Assembly: GCA_026004595.1 (NCBI GenBank)
Contig: BPJL01000002.1
Location: 65,431-129,430, forward strand
DNA length: 64,000 nucleotides
Origin: Patescibacteria group bacterium
Lineage (GTDB): Bacteria > Patescibacteriota > WWE3 > UBA101185 > UBA10185
Direction of reading: 5' to 3'
Translations under genes and position numbers: made by a program
Notes under the pieces: generated by a model
The model's input: the letters and a program-made list of their open reading frames with translations, nothing else
The model's database searches: none
Told to the model about the DNA's origin: nothing
In this document: positions 24,616 through 35,583 of the stretch, piece by piece
How the letters are laid out: each line of letters opens with the position of its first letter
How positions within the stretch are numbered: position 1 is the first letter of the stretch

Positions 24616-25813
24616 AAAGAAGGTTTTAGTTTTTATACCTGAATTCCCGGTATTAACCGAGACCTTCATAGAAAGAGAGTTGGCCGAAATCTCGCGCAGG
24701 GGCAAGATTGATCTGCAGATTTTGTCGCTTGCCAAAGGTTCCGGAGAGGTAAGTTCCGAGCTAGAGGGCAAGATTTTTTATAAGAGATTAGGAATTTTTA
24801 CACTTTTGAGTTCGTTAAGTCTTTTTTTCACTCACTGCAAAAATATTTCGAAAGCCCTGTCGATGCTGCATATCTGTGAGCTTCCTCTATTCTCAAAGTA
24901 TTATTTTTTGATAAAGGGAATGGGATACGCTCAATTGTTCCGTTCTTTTAAGCCAGACTTTGTCATTGCCCATTTTATGTCGGATGCCAGTACGGTAGCT
25001 GCGGAGGCGGCGATGATTCTCGGCATTCCGTTTGCAATATCTGCGCATGCTAAAGATGTTACGGTCAAGCCCCATTGCATAAAAGGAAAGATAGAAAAAG
25101 CCGCCTTTGTTTTGGTTTGCAACAGGCGGGCTCTTGAATATTGTGTCTACTCTGTCCACCACAACTTTTCTCACAAAATATTATTAAAATATCATGGGCT
25201 CAATCTAACTAGTTTTGGTAGAACGCAGGGAAACGGCGAGATTCCTTTAATTCTCAACATTGCTCGGCTTGAGGAAAAGAAAGGTCAAAAGTTTCTTATA
25301 GAAGCGGCCAAAAATATGAAGGATGCCGGTTTAAAGTTTAAAATAGTCATCATAGGCCCTGGGTCATTATACGAAGAATTAGAAAAAATGATCTCCGATA
25401 TGGGACTAGTTGGATATGTAGAAATAGTTGGGGGAGGCATGGGTCTTCCTTTTTCAGAAATATGCAAATACTACTTGAGAGCTGATGTTTTTGCTTTTTC
25501 TGGGGTCAACACCCAGGAAGGAGACGCCGATGGGATTGCAAATGTTCTTCTTGAAGCAGCGGCCTCTCACATCCCAATAGTTGCAACAGACTCTGGCAGT
25601 ACCACAGAATTTTTGGAAGACGGAAAGAGTGCAATTATAGTTCAGCAAAAAAATTCGGCTGTTTTGGCTGAGGCCATAATTAAGTTATTAAATGATCGTG
25701 TTTATGCAAACAAGCTGGCTGAAGAGGCCTATAAAAGGGTTGCCACAGATTTCGACATAAATGTAACTGCAGCGGCCATAGAAGACTTGATTGTTAAGGA
25801 GATTTACCAGTGA
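24593..25813 (+). CDS. GT4 glycosyltransferase (WcaL-like)
   Basis: FPVLTETFI, SAHAKD, ARLEEKKG and DGIANVLLEA motifs. Confidence 0.85.
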   Translation: MDQLATIKKKVLVFIPEFPVLTETFIERELAEISRRGKIDLQILSLAKGSGEVSSELEGKIFYKRLGIFTLLSSLSLFFTHCKNISKALSMLHICELPLFSKYYFLIKGMGYAQLFRSFKPDFVIAHFMSDASTVAAEAAMILGIPFAISAHAKDVTVKPHCIKGKIEKAAFVLVCNRRALEYCVYSVHHNFSHKILLKYHGLNLTSFGRTQGNGEIPLILNIARLEEKKGQKFLIEAAKNMKDAGLKFKIVIIGPGSLYEELEKMISDMGLVGYVEIVGGGMGLPFSEICKYYLRADVFAFSGVNTQEGDADGIANVLLEAAASHIPIVATDSGSTTEFLEDGKSAIIVQQKNSAVLAEAIIKLLNDRVYANKLAEEAYKRVATDFDINVTAAAIEDLIVKEIYQ

Positions 25814-27000
25814 GAATAGCGGTATTTATAAAATCCTCTACTTTCAGCAAATCGTACGGCGGACTGGAAACTCAGAACAAGCTTTTGTGCGAGGGGCTTG
25901 CTTCCAGAGGGCACACGGTTGTTGTATTTACGCCTAATATTGAGTTAGAAGCTCGGGAGGTGAGGGAGTCGGGTGTCTTATACAAATTCGTTGAATGTAA
26001 AGTTGCAAGCTATAGTTCAGTGACGGTGCCCAAAAAAGACAGCTGGCCCCTAAAATCTCTTGAGGAATTTCGGATTGCCAATTCCAAGGAAAAATTTGAT
26101 TTAATTATCGGACAAAGTTCTGCCGCTATAGGTGTTATTAAGTCTAGGGTAGAATTTGGAGTTCCTATAATCTCGATTTCCCACGGGACAAAAATGGGCG
26201 AAATGCAGACAAAGATACAGAGTGATGTTTCACTTAAAGGGATAGCCCGAACCTTACTGGATTTACCTCATGCGTTGAAAAACTTTTTTACAGTTCAGAG
26301 AGAATTTGTTCATGGCTCCAATTTGGTAATCGCTGTTTCAAGTTATGTAAAAAAGGCTCTTATTGATGAAACATTTGTTGATGAGCAAAAGGTTAGAGTG
26401 GTAAATAATGGAATCCAGCCTTTCGGGGATGTGAATAAAGAATATTCGGCGGAGAAAGGCAATCTGCGTCTCCTTTATGTGGGGCAGTTGATCAAATCTA
26501 AAGGTATTTTAAGGATTGCTGATATGGTGGCACACGGCATGTTAGAGGGAATGTCTTTGGACATAGTTGGCGCAGGGGACCTTTATGAAAGTTTGGATCA
26601 TCTGGCTAAGAACAGCGGGGGTAAAATTAATATGCATGGCAAGCTTCCATATGAGGATGTTTTGAAAATTTATGATCCAAGGCGGTTTGACGTTTTTGTT
26701 TTTCCCACCTCCAGAATAGAAGGGTTCCCTATGGTTTTAATTGAAGCCATGTTTGGGGGATTGCCCATTGTTGCTTTTGGTTTGGGCGGGGTCCCTGATG
26801 CGGTTTTTGACAATGAAACAGGATTTTTGGTAAAAGCGGGAGACTTCAGAGCTTTCAAAGCGAACCTTGAGGAGCTTAGAAACCACCCGGAACTCGTCAA
26901 GAAAATGGGGGCTAATGCTAGAAACAAGGCAGTTGAAAGATTTTCGCTGGACAAAATGTTAGACTCTTATGAGGAGATATTTGAGGAGGTTATGAAATGA
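25810..27000 (+). CDS. GT4 glycosyltransferase
   Basis: GGLE and EGFPMVLIEAM (EX7E) motifs. Confidence 0.9.
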   Translation: MRIAVFIKSSTFSKSYGGLETQNKLLCEGLASRGHTVVVFTPNIELEAREVRESGVLYKFVECKVASYSSVTVPKKDSWPLKSLEEFRIANSKEKFDLIIGQSSAAIGVIKSRVEFGVPIISISHGTKMGEMQTKIQSDVSLKGIARTLLDLPHALKNFFTVQREFVHGSNLVIAVSSYVKKALIDETFVDEQKVRVVNNGIQPFGDVNKEYSAEKGNLRLLYVGQLIKSKGILRIADMVAHGMLEGMSLDIVGAGDLYESLDHLAKNSGGKINMHGKLPYEDVLKIYDPRRFDVFVFPTSRIEGFPMVLIEAMFGGLPIVAFGLGGVPDAVFDNETGFLVKAGDFRAFKANLEELRNHPELVKKMGANARNKAVERFSLDKMLDSYEEIFEEVMK

Positions 27001-28190
27001 ACATTTTAAGGATAGTATACGACTGGCCAAACCCTTGGCAGGGATTAGCTCCGCACCCGTACGAAATCACTGTTTCCCAGCTTAAGCAGGGTCATAAAGT
27101 TGTTTTATTCTGCGGTCAGTGGCCAAAGTCAGGCGGTCCCGTTATATTGAAAGGCCTTGAGATTTATCCTATAGATCGTGAGCCCCTTCCAAACACTATA
27201 TTTTTCACAAGCAGTATTAAACTTTTTTTTCAATATTTAAAATATCGTAAAAAGTACAGGCCTGATGTAATTCATTCTCACGGTCATTTTGCAATATGGA
27301 TTTATGCTTATCGCTCTTTTTTGAAAAAACATTTTCCTTGGTCAAAAGAATTAAAGATTCCTCTGGTTGTTCATTTCCATAATACAGCCAAGGGGAGGTG
27401 GTTATCTTTTCAAAAGGAAGGGAAACCTATAAAGCTGATGTCAAAACTTTTGGGTTGGCCAATGGCGGTATACTCGGACAAAAAGGCGGTCGAAGCCGCA
27501 TCCGCAATGATATTTGTCAGCGAAGAAAATAGACGAGAAGCAATTGAATATTACGGAGCCAATCCTAACAAGTGTTTTTTGGTAGAAACTGGTGTTAATA
27601 CCGAACTGTTTACTCCTGTAGGTGAAGAAGAAAAGGAAAAATCAAGAAAGGACATTGGTCTTGATAGGTTGGATAAAGTTATATTAAATCATGGTGTAAT
27701 AACGGAAAGAAAAAATATACACCTTTTGATAGATGCACTTGCTCTTCTTTCTGAAGAGTACAAATTAATACTTTCTGGCAGTCCCGATCCTAGTTACCTT
27801 GAAAAATTGAACGAGCAGATGAAACTTAAAAAAGTTGAGCATAGGGTTATAAAGACAGGGTACACACCATATCCGCATGTTCCAATTGCCTACCAAATTG
27901 CTGATGTTTTCGTATTGCCGTCTTCGTGGGAAGGATTACCAAAGGCTGTAATGCAGGGATTGGCGTGTGGAATACCCTGTCTTGTATCGGGGTTCAAAGT
28001 TCAGGAAGAAATTAGAGGCCTTTACTATCTTAGAAATCTTGATCCTCAAACAATAGCCGACCAAATAAAAGAAATTACAAGCCAGCCGAGGGATGTAGAT
28101 GTCCAAATGATTAGATCTAAGTATTCGTGGAATCAGAAAATTTCTGCTATTGACGCGATATATGAATTTGCGATCAAAAACTATATATAG
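26997..28190 (+). CDS. GT4 glycosyltransferase
   Basis: DVIHSH, RKNIHLLI and FVLPSSWEGLP motifs. Confidence 0.88.
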   Translation: MNILRIVYDWPNPWQGLAPHPYEITVSQLKQGHKVVLFCGQWPKSGGPVILKGLEIYPIDREPLPNTIFFTSSIKLFFQYLKYRKKYRPDVIHSHGHFAIWIYAYRSFLKKHFPWSKELKIPLVVHFHNTAKGRWLSFQKEGKPIKLMSKLLGWPMAVYSDKKAVEAASAMIFVSEENRREAIEYYGANPNKCFLVETGVNTELFTPVGEEEKEKSRKDIGLDRLDKVILNHGVITERKNIHLLIDALALLSEEYKLILSGSPDPSYLEKLNEQMKLKKVEHRVIKTGYTPYPHVPIAYQIADVFVLPSSWEGLPKAVMQGLACGIPCLVSGFKVQEEIRGLYYLRNLDPQTIADQIKEITSQPRDVDVQMIRSKYSWNQKISAIDAIYEFAIKNYI

Positions 28191-29685
28191 GGTTCTGCCT
28201 TATGTTTTTTTCATTCTTTCGCACGTGTTTCTCTTTAACGTGAACACTGCTGAATGGGGTGACTCTTATAGAATTTTACGGGCTTCAGAGTATATTAGGG
28301 CGGGGGCTTACCCTGATGATGAAAAAAGGCCTCCCTTATATTCTGTGGTTTTGGCCCTGAGACCTGAATCGGCAGATCCCATCCAATGGGGCAGGGGAAT
28401 TATGTTCATAGTATCTCTTGCCGGTTTCTTTCTGTTTGATAGGTATTTGAGGCGATACGTAAAGGATGCGAGATTTGTTTTTCTTGGAATGATGCTACTT
28501 GCCCTTAATCCCGACTTTTTATATTGGTCAATAAGAATTATGGCCGATGCCCCCTTTGCTATTTTGGCTTTGTTGGCTATTTATTTATATAAAAATGGAT
28601 TAAGTAATAACCGCCTTTTTTTAATTGGTATTATTGTGGGTTTATCTGTTCTAACAAGATTTGAGGGATATCTTTTAGCGGCGTCGCTTGCTTTGTCATT
28701 GTTTTTATGTGCTAGAGGAAGAATTAAGCCCGTATGGCCATACCTGTCCTATTTGGCGGGAATTATGCTGATTGTCCTGCCGTGGATCATATACAGACCG
28801 CCCCTTTCTTCAAAGTATTTTGATGAGCCGGCTGGTAGAAAGTACGATTTGGAAATGATTTGGGTATATTTTGCAAGTCTTGTTTCTGTATTTGGATTTG
28901 TTCCCGCTTTCGCGATAATTTTGGATCGGGGAAAAGAGGTAATTGTTTTTTTGAAAAGGAATATTCATATTGCCTCCTTTTTACTTTTTGAACTGGCACT
29001 GATTCTTCTTTGGCCGGCCGCAATACCTAGGTTGTTTGTTGCGATAATTCCAGTGCTGATTATAATTTTTGTTGTCGCTTTTGAAAGCTGGTGGGAAAAT
29101 GGGGGAAGAAAAAGAACTTGGGTTTATTCTGTGATCTTAATGGTTTTCTATGTTGTTTCCCAGTATTTTCTTAAGCTGCAGTTTCTTGTTCTTGATAAAA
29201 AGCTATTTGCTATTTTGCTGACTCTTCAGTTTGTCGCGTTTTATTTCTTAGCAAAGAAAAAGTTTGTTCATTCTGTGGCCCTTATTATTTTAATAATGCT
29301 TATTTGGTCTTACTCTGTAATTTGGATGCATAAGGACATATTTATTTCTGTTAAGAACGCAGCGGAGTATGCGGCCAAAAACCTTCAAGGAAAGGTAGCA
29401 TACAACGATGTTAGTAGTGTGTCCGATTTTTATCTTAATGTTTTGGACACCCCTAAGGTCAGCGGTTTTTACTACAATACTGAAAGTAAAAAGAATCTGA
29501 CTTTTGAAGCTTTGGAAGCGACAGGAGCTGATTATTTTCTTATTACCAACGAGCATAATACTACTATGGAGCTAGACCTTGAATCCAGACCCTACCTTAT
29601 CCCTGTAAAGGATTTTAGTTATAATGTAAACGGAGCCGACTTTTTTGCTAAAATAGTAAGGTTTTCGAGGGAGAATCGGCCGTGA
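28162..29685 (+). CDS. Polytopic GT-C-fold (PMT/ArnT-like) glycosyltransferase
   Basis: About 11-13 TM; WGDS after TM1, RPPLYS and LTRFEG motifs; C-terminal soluble domain. Confidence 0.72.
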   Translation: MNLRSKTIYRVLPYVFFILSHVFLFNVNTAEWGDSYRILRASEYIRAGAYPDDEKRPPLYSVVLALRPESADPIQWGRGIMFIVSLAGFFLFDRYLRRYVKDARFVFLGMMLLALNPDFLYWSIRIMADAPFAILALLAIYLYKNGLSNNRLFLIGIIVGLSVLTRFEGYLLAASLALSLFLCARGRIKPVWPYLSYLAGIMLIVLPWIIYRPPLSSKYFDEPAGRKYDLEMIWVYFASLVSVFGFVPAFAIILDRGKEVIVFLKRNIHIASFLLFELALILLWPAAIPRLFVAIIPVLIIIFVVAFESWWENGGRKRTWVYSVILMVFYVVSQYFLKLQFLVLDKKLFAILLTLQFVAFYFLAKKKFVHSVALIILIMLIWSYSVIWMHKDIFISVKNAAEYAAKNLQGKVAYNDVSSVSDFYLNVLDTPKVSGFYYNTESKKNLTFEALEATGADYFLITNEHNTTMELDLESRPYLIPVKDFSYNVNGADFFAKIVRFSRENRP

Positions 29686-30368
29686 AACTATCAATAGTAG
29701 TGCCTGTTTACAATGAGAAGAATACAATAGAAAAAATACTTGATGAAATCAGGGCAGTTGAAGGTTTGGAGAAGGAAATAATAGTAGTTGATGACGCATC
29801 GACTGACGGAACTGTCGAAATATTGAAAAGGCTGGAAGCCAAAAATCCCGATATCAAGTTTATTTACAAGGAGAAAAATAGGGGAAAAGGGCATACTCTT
29901 AAAATAGGATTTGAACATGTAACAGGAGACTACGTTATTGTTCAGGACGCCGATCTTGAGTATGACCCCCATGACTACCACAAACTTATCCGTGCTTTGA
30001 GTGAACATAATGCCGATGTAATTTATGGAAGCAGATTCTCAGGTAGTTATGAGGATATGTCAACTCTCCACTACATAGGCAACAAAATGTTGACCTTGAT
30101 TACAAACATTTTTTTTGGAGTGATGCTTACCGATATGGAAACATGTTACAAACTTATGCCCGGCGATTTTGTGAGGAAAGTTAACATAAAAAGCGAACGT
30201 TTTGATTTTGAGCCTGAAATAACTGCCAAGATATTAAAATCGGGGCTAAAAATTAGAGAAGTGCCAATTTCCTACCGCGGGCGAACTCGCAGAGAGGGTA
30301 AGAAGATATCTTGGAAAGACGGAATTCACGCCTTGTTTACCTTGATAAAATACAGGTTTTTTAACTAA
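29682..30368 (+). CDS. GT2 glycosyltransferase (DPM/DPG-synthase-like)
   Basis: PVYNE, DDASTDGT, QDADLEYDP, TDMETCYK and EGKKISWKDG motifs. Confidence 0.92.
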   Translation: MKLSIVVPVYNEKNTIEKILDEIRAVEGLEKEIIVVDDASTDGTVEILKRLEAKNPDIKFIYKEKNRGKGHTLKIGFEHVTGDYVIVQDADLEYDPHDYHKLIRALSEHNADVIYGSRFSGSYEDMSTLHYIGNKMLTLITNIFFGVMLTDMETCYKLMPGDFVRKVNIKSERFDFEPEITAKILKSGLKIREVPISYRGRTRREGKKISWKDGIHALFTLIKYRFFN

Positions 30369-30370
30369 TA

Positions 30371-32482
30371 ATGAAAATCCTTAAATTTGTTAGAAAAAAT
30401 TTTTTCTTTTTAATTCTTACGGTCGTTGTTTTGGTAAATATTGTAGTAAGTATGAGGGTTAACCTTTTCCGCTACAACAATTTTGATTTTGGAAAATTTG
30501 ATTTGGGTAACATGTCTCAAATGCTTTGGAATACACTTCATGGGAGGTTTATGTATTTAACAGACTATTTTGGCACTAATCTTCCGAGGTGGGCGATGAG
30601 TCATGTTGACCCATTAATTCTTATTTTTCTTCCCCTTTTTGTTTTATATCAGCATCCCCTTACTTTGGTTTTTTCTCAATTTATCATGGTCATACTTTCG
30701 GCGTATTTGGTTTATAAAATCGCTTATCTTCGTCTTGAATCAAAGGCCGCCTCGGCCTTGATAGGGGTATCATATTTATTGTACCCGGCTCTTGGTTATA
30801 TTAACGCTTGGACAGGCTTCCACGCAGTAACCGCGGCGATACCTTTCTTTTTTGGGGCATTTTACCTATTTGAAAAAATGTACATTGAGAAAAAATTCAG
30901 CCGAAAAAACTTGATTATATTTTGGGTGTTGCTGATTTTAGTAATGGCGGGAAAGGAGCAACTTCCTCTTTATGTTTTCATATTTTCACTCTTCATACTT
31001 TTGTTTAGGCAAGTTAAGGAGGAAGGAAAGAAGTTTTATCAGACTGTAACTGGACGGCTTGGGCTGGAAATGCTTGTTGTTTCATTTGTATGGTTTGTAT
31101 TGGCTTTTTTTATTATTATACCCGCTTATTCACACTATAGAGTAGAAGGATACAACAGATTTGCTAAGGAAATAGGAATTGCGGATGATGAAACGAGAGA
31201 TGTTTCACAGCCTAATTACTTTTTGAACAGGTATGAAGCATTCGGAGAATCCTACTCAGATATTATGGTGGGAATGTTTCTTGATCACAAAAAAACCATT
31301 CGCATTTTTTTTGGGGGAGACAGAATTGACAATTTGCTTAAGACATTTAGCCCGGTCTTATTTTTGCCTTTGGCATATCCACAGATACTTGTGATTGCCG
31401 CCCCGGACTTTCTTATCAACTACCTAACTTCTGCCGATGGTGTTGGGACAGCCGAAATAATTAACCATAGAATCTCAATGATAATTCCCGTGCTTTTTAT
31501 TTCTTCAATATATGCGATAGGAAGTTTTGCTGACACCTTAAGCTCGTTCGTCAAAAAAAGACCGAAGATTAAAAAAGGAATTCAGGTGTTTCTATCTCTA
31601 TCTATGGTTGTTTCGGGTTTATACACGGCCTTTACATACAATAGCCCTATATATCTTTGGATCGACCAAGCTGTAAGAAAAAGGGTTTCTGCCGCCGAAT
31701 ATGACCCCGAAGGGGTTTGGAGAAGCAATTTGGAGGTTGGAGATGTTGTTAGACTTCCCGATTTAGATAATAAAGACGTAGATTGTGCGGAGAAGATTGT
31801 AGGTCTAATTCCCAAAAACGCTTCTGTGACCGGGCCGGATTATCTTGGGGCCCATCTTTCGTTAAGGGAAACATATGCCATATTTCCAGCTCTCTACACG
31901 AGCGCTGATTACGTTATAGTTGATGTGTTTTCAAGGAAAATTCTTACCATTCTTGAGGCCAATGAGAATTTGGTTAGAGATATAACTGCAGAAATAATTA
32001 AGAGCAAAGATCACGAGTTAGTTACGGGCTGCGGCAATCTATTTGTTTTCAAAAAAGTCGGCATTCATGATAAAAGCGATCTTCTTCCTATGCAGGAGAA
32101 ATTTTCCTACCCGGCGAAGTATACATATGACATCCTTTTTGGGACAGAGTTGGCTGATTATGAATACCCCAAACAAGTTGTTAGGGGTGTAACAGAAAAA
32201 TTCAAGCTTGTATTTTTCAAAAGAGAGAGCGATTCGCTTAATGGTTTTGTAATGTACATGACTTTTATGAATACTGCGACAGGCAGGCTTTATGAGATAG
32301 CGAACCTTCCTTCATTTTCATTAATACAACCGGCGGATTGGGATTCTGATAGGTATTACATTGAGGAGCTTGATGTGAACTTTCCGAATTTCCTTGATCC
32401 GGGGGAATACAGGGTGTTCGTAGGCATGTCTAACAAAGTGAAGACACGAAATCTGTATATTGGGAATATAATTATCCTGTAA
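30371..32482 (+). CDS. DUF2079-like polytopic membrane protein (putative GT-C) with C-terminal extracytoplasmic domain
   Basis: FDLGNMSQMLWNTLHG, HVDP, FH, KE and HLSLRE motifs typical of DUF2079. Confidence 0.75.
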   Translation: MKILKFVRKNFFFLILTVVVLVNIVVSMRVNLFRYNNFDFGKFDLGNMSQMLWNTLHGRFMYLTDYFGTNLPRWAMSHVDPLILIFLPLFVLYQHPLTLVFSQFIMVILSAYLVYKIAYLRLESKAASALIGVSYLLYPALGYINAWTGFHAVTAAIPFFFGAFYLFEKMYIEKKFSRKNLIIFWVLLILVMAGKEQLPLYVFIFSLFILLFRQVKEEGKKFYQTVTGRLGLEMLVVSFVWFVLAFFIIIPAYSHYRVEGYNRFAKEIGIADDETRDVSQPNYFLNRYEAFGESYSDIMVGMFLDHKKTIRIFFGGDRIDNLLKTFSPVLFLPLAYPQILVIAAPDFLINYLTSADGVGTAEIINHRISMIIPVLFISSIYAIGSFADTLSSFVKKRPKIKKGIQVFLSLSMVVSGLYTAFTYNSPIYLWIDQAVRKRVSAAEYDPEGVWRSNLEVGDVVRLPDLDNKDVDCAEKIVGLIPKNASVTGPDYLGAHLSLRETYAIFPALYTSADYVIVDVFSRKILTILEANENLVRDITAEIIKSKDHELVTGCGNLFVFKKVGIHDKSDLLPMQEKFSYPAKYTYDILFGTELADYEYPKQVVRGVTEKFKLVFFKRESDSLNGFVMYMTFMNTATGRLYEIANLPSFSLIQPADWDSDRYYIEELDVNFPNFLDPGEYRVFVGMSNKVKTRNLYIGNIIIL

Positions 32483-32484
32483 CT

Positions 32485-33984
32485 ATGAAAGAGCTGGGAA
32501 AATGGCAGATAATAAGTTTTGCGTCAAGAATGATGGCAATGCTTTTGGGCCTGGTTCAGACGTTTGTAATAATAAGAGTGTTGAGTGTGGGGGAGTGGGG
32601 GATCGTGCAGCTGGCAATTTCTATAGGAGGTGCTTTGGGTATCTATCAACATCTGGGGCTTGCTTCAGCCTCAACCCGCGAGATATCATCTGCCGAAGAC
32701 GATAAGGAAATTTTCAAAATATTTATCACCTCTGCTGTAATAAGATATGTAATTACATTGCCTATAGCTATAGGGCTTTTTTTGTTTGCCAGCCATATTG
32801 GTGCCGGAATTTACAAAAACGCGGCTCTTGTTGTGCCCATAAAAATTTACGCTGTGACACTTATTTTACAAGGTGTTCAAAGCATATTGAATTCTGTCAT
32901 CGCTGGGACAAAGAGGTTTAAACAACTTTTTATCTATCAAGTGGCAATAGCTATAGCAAGTGTTGTGATTTTTATACCCCTTGTTCTTGCTTACAGAGTA
33001 GAAGGTTATTTTTATGCTTTTCTTATGTTCAACGCTTTAAGTTCAATAGTTCTTGGCTACATTGCTTTCAAGCCTCTTAAAGGAAATCTGAAGCTCCCAA
33101 GCAGAAGAGATTTCAAGCGAATATTTAAAGAAATTTTTTCCATCAGCATGGCTATATATTTGGTGAAAATAATCTACACTAATTGGGAAAAGTTTGGGAA
33201 CAATGTATTAGGATTGTTTAACTCTCCGGAAATAGTCGCAATATTCGCTTTTGCTATGCTTTACGCAAAAAAATTGATGAGCATCTCCGATTCGGTGACC
33301 GATGTTAATCTTCCTGTTCTTTCTGAGAAGTATGTCAAGGATTTTGATGATTTTAAGAAATTGTTTGTTAGGAATTTTGATAAGATTTTCGTAACTGTTA
33401 TAGCTGCAGCTACCTTTGCCGCGTACTGGTCACCAGAAATAGTAGGTTTGGTTGTGGGAGGTGAAAAGTACAGAGACGCTTATACCTTGATTCCTCCCGT
33501 TATCTTAGCTTTCATTCTTTATTCTTTTATAAATATTGTTAAATCGAGCGTTCTCATACCAGCAAAAATGTCAAAGCACATGGTAATAGGTTTTATGGCG
33601 CTTCTTGTGGGTACTGCAGCGATGTTTTTTTCAATCTATAAGCTTATTGGGGCTCTCCCGGCCATGGCTTGGGGAACCGCTTTTGGGGCAGCACTGTCCT
33701 TTTTGTATATCAATTTAGCAATAAAAAAGAATCTTAAGTTTGTTTATTTCAATATAGATCATTTGGCGATATTGGTGCAGGCCTTTTCAATATCACTAAT
33801 TAATACGGTTCCTCTTATTTTAAAAATTCCGGTCTTTTTCTTCCTTTTCATGCTTTTGATATGGGCATTTTTCATTCCGGGCTTTGTTACAACGCAGGAG
33901 TTGAAAGAGAGTTTTGGGTATATTAAAAGATTTTCAAAAAAATATGGAAAGGTCGAAACCCCGCCATATGAGGAAATTCAGTAA
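32485..33984 (+). CDS. Wzx/MOP-family oligosaccharide flippase
   Basis: About 14 TM; RVLSVGEWG, LGLASASTREIS and LPVLSE patterns. Confidence 0.82.
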   Translation: MKELGKWQIISFASRMMAMLLGLVQTFVIIRVLSVGEWGIVQLAISIGGALGIYQHLGLASASTREISSAEDDKEIFKIFITSAVIRYVITLPIAIGLFLFASHIGAGIYKNAALVVPIKIYAVTLILQGVQSILNSVIAGTKRFKQLFIYQVAIAIASVVIFIPLVLAYRVEGYFYAFLMFNALSSIVLGYIAFKPLKGNLKLPSRRDFKRIFKEIFSISMAIYLVKIIYTNWEKFGNNVLGLFNSPEIVAIFAFAMLYAKKLMSISDSVTDVNLPVLSEKYVKDFDDFKKLFVRNFDKIFVTVIAAATFAAYWSPEIVGLVVGGEKYRDAYTLIPPVILAFILYSFINIVKSSVLIPAKMSKHMVIGFMALLVGTAAMFFSIYKLIGALPAMAWGTAFGAALSFLYINLAIKKNLKFVYFNIDHLAILVQAFSISLINTVPLILKIPVFFFLFMLLIWAFFIPGFVTTQELKESFGYIKRFSKKYGKVETPPYEEIQ

Positions 33985-34014
33985 AAATATTTTAACCGGC
34001 CCGGAGAATTACTT

Positions 34015-35583
34015 ATGTTCCGAGAATGTGTAGCAAAGTTTTCTAAGAATAAACTTTTAGCCATTTTTGCGTTTATTTTTCTTTTTGTTCTTACTAGATT
34101 TCCATACTTGGGAGCAGATGAAATAAATCCGGATGGTGTAAATTGGCATTACAGATCCCAGCAGTTTGTGGTTGGCTTGAAAAACGGAGATTTTGAAAAA
34201 ACTTATCAACACTACCATCCTGGCGTCACCTTAATGTGGATCAGCGGGATTCCAATAGAAATTTACAAGCAAGTGATGGGTGTGAATTCCTACAACCAAT
34301 ACAACTTTCTTATGTTTAATCTGGTGGCAAAGGTTTCGGTTATCTTGGCACAATTCGTTTTAACATTAATCATCTTATTATTGCTGTCAAAAATAGTAGG
34401 ATTCAGAATCGCGTATCTAACTGTGTCTCTTTTTTCCCTAGAACCCTTTTTTGTCGGCAACTCGCGGCTTTATCACATGGATGTGCTTTTTACGCTATTT
34501 TTGTTCATTTCACTTTTGTTTAGCTGGCTGGCTTTAAGAAGATTTACTTGGAAGAAGGGTTTTTTGGCCGGCATCTTTCTTTCTTTGTCTTTTTTGACTA
34601 AAAGCATAGGTATAGGGGGTCTAATTTTTGTTTTAGTTTTCTCCACTACCTACTATTTTCACAAAAAGGATGCAAAAACTCTTAGCAAATACACTATTTC
34701 GGTTCTTGGGTCGTTTGTTTTGGCAACATTCCTCTTTTTCCCGGCTTTGTGGGTTCGCCCGTTCTTTTACCTTTCCGAGATACTCAGCGAGTCAGAGAGA
34801 GTTGGGGTCAGAAAAGGGCACGCGCAAATTCTGCTGGGGGAATATACCGAAAACGCGGGTTTTCTTTTTTACCCGCTGGTTGTCATTATGAAGGTCACAC
34901 CTTTTATACTTGCAGGTGTTTTGATGTACTTATTAAAAACTTTTAAATTTTTACCGAGGTTGATAATGAATACTAAAAATAAGTACTCAAGCGTTTACCT
35001 TTATTTATTAATTTTTTATCTGGGATATTTTGCTGTGATGATGTTTCCTTCAAAAAAAATAGATAGGTACATGCTGCCGTTGTATCCTTTTCTGGCGCTG
35101 ACCGCAGTTTACGGCTTTGTCCATTTTTACAATTCTTTGCAGAAGGCGGCCTCGAAAAGAATTTTTGCGAGTTTTACTATTTTGGCCGTTAGTTTTTTCT
35201 ATGCGATACCTTTAATTTCTCTATTCCCCTATTACTTTACTTATACAAGCCCAGTTTTTGGCCCACCCGCAAACGCCAACTTAGTGATAGCCCAGAAACC
35301 TTTTGGAATAGCAGTGCCAGCGCTAAAAGACTATATTTTGGAAAAATATGGAGATGAGCCTAAGCTCGGATTTATTGATACTAAGCCCATGAAGGCCATC
35401 TACCCGAACTCTAAAGTAGCGGATATAAGAGTGAGCGGGACAAGCGACTATGATCTATTAATACTTGGTGTTAACGAAGAGATACCGGAAAAGGTCTTGA
35501 GAAGCGGTACAAAATTTAGAAAAAACTCTTCGTTATATGTAAACGGCTTGGAATACTGGAGGATATATGTCAAGGAAAACTAG
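34015..35583 (+). CDS. Polytopic GT-C-fold glycosyltransferase (GT39/PMT_2-like)
   Basis: NPD, YHPGVTLMW, LTK and KKIDRYMLP motifs; many TM helices. Confidence 0.8.
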   Translation: MFRECVAKFSKNKLLAIFAFIFLFVLTRFPYLGADEINPDGVNWHYRSQQFVVGLKNGDFEKTYQHYHPGVTLMWISGIPIEIYKQVMGVNSYNQYNFLMFNLVAKVSVILAQFVLTLIILLLLSKIVGFRIAYLTVSLFSLEPFFVGNSRLYHMDVLFTLFLFISLLFSWLALRRFTWKKGFLAGIFLSLSFLTKSIGIGGLIFVLVFSTTYYFHKKDAKTLSKYTISVLGSFVLATFLFFPALWVRPFFYLSEILSESERVGVRKGHAQILLGEYTENAGFLFYPLVVIMKVTPFILAGVLMYLLKTFKFLPRLIMNTKNKYSSVYLYLLIFYLGYFAVMMFPSKKIDRYMLPLYPFLALTAVYGFVHFYNSLQKAASKRIFASFTILAVSFFYAIPLISLFPYYFTYTSPVFGPPANANLVIAQKPFGIAVPALKDYILEKYGDEPKLGFIDTKPMKAIYPNSKVADIRVSGTSDYDLLILGVNEEIPEKVLRSGTKFRKNSSLYVNGLEYWRIYVKEN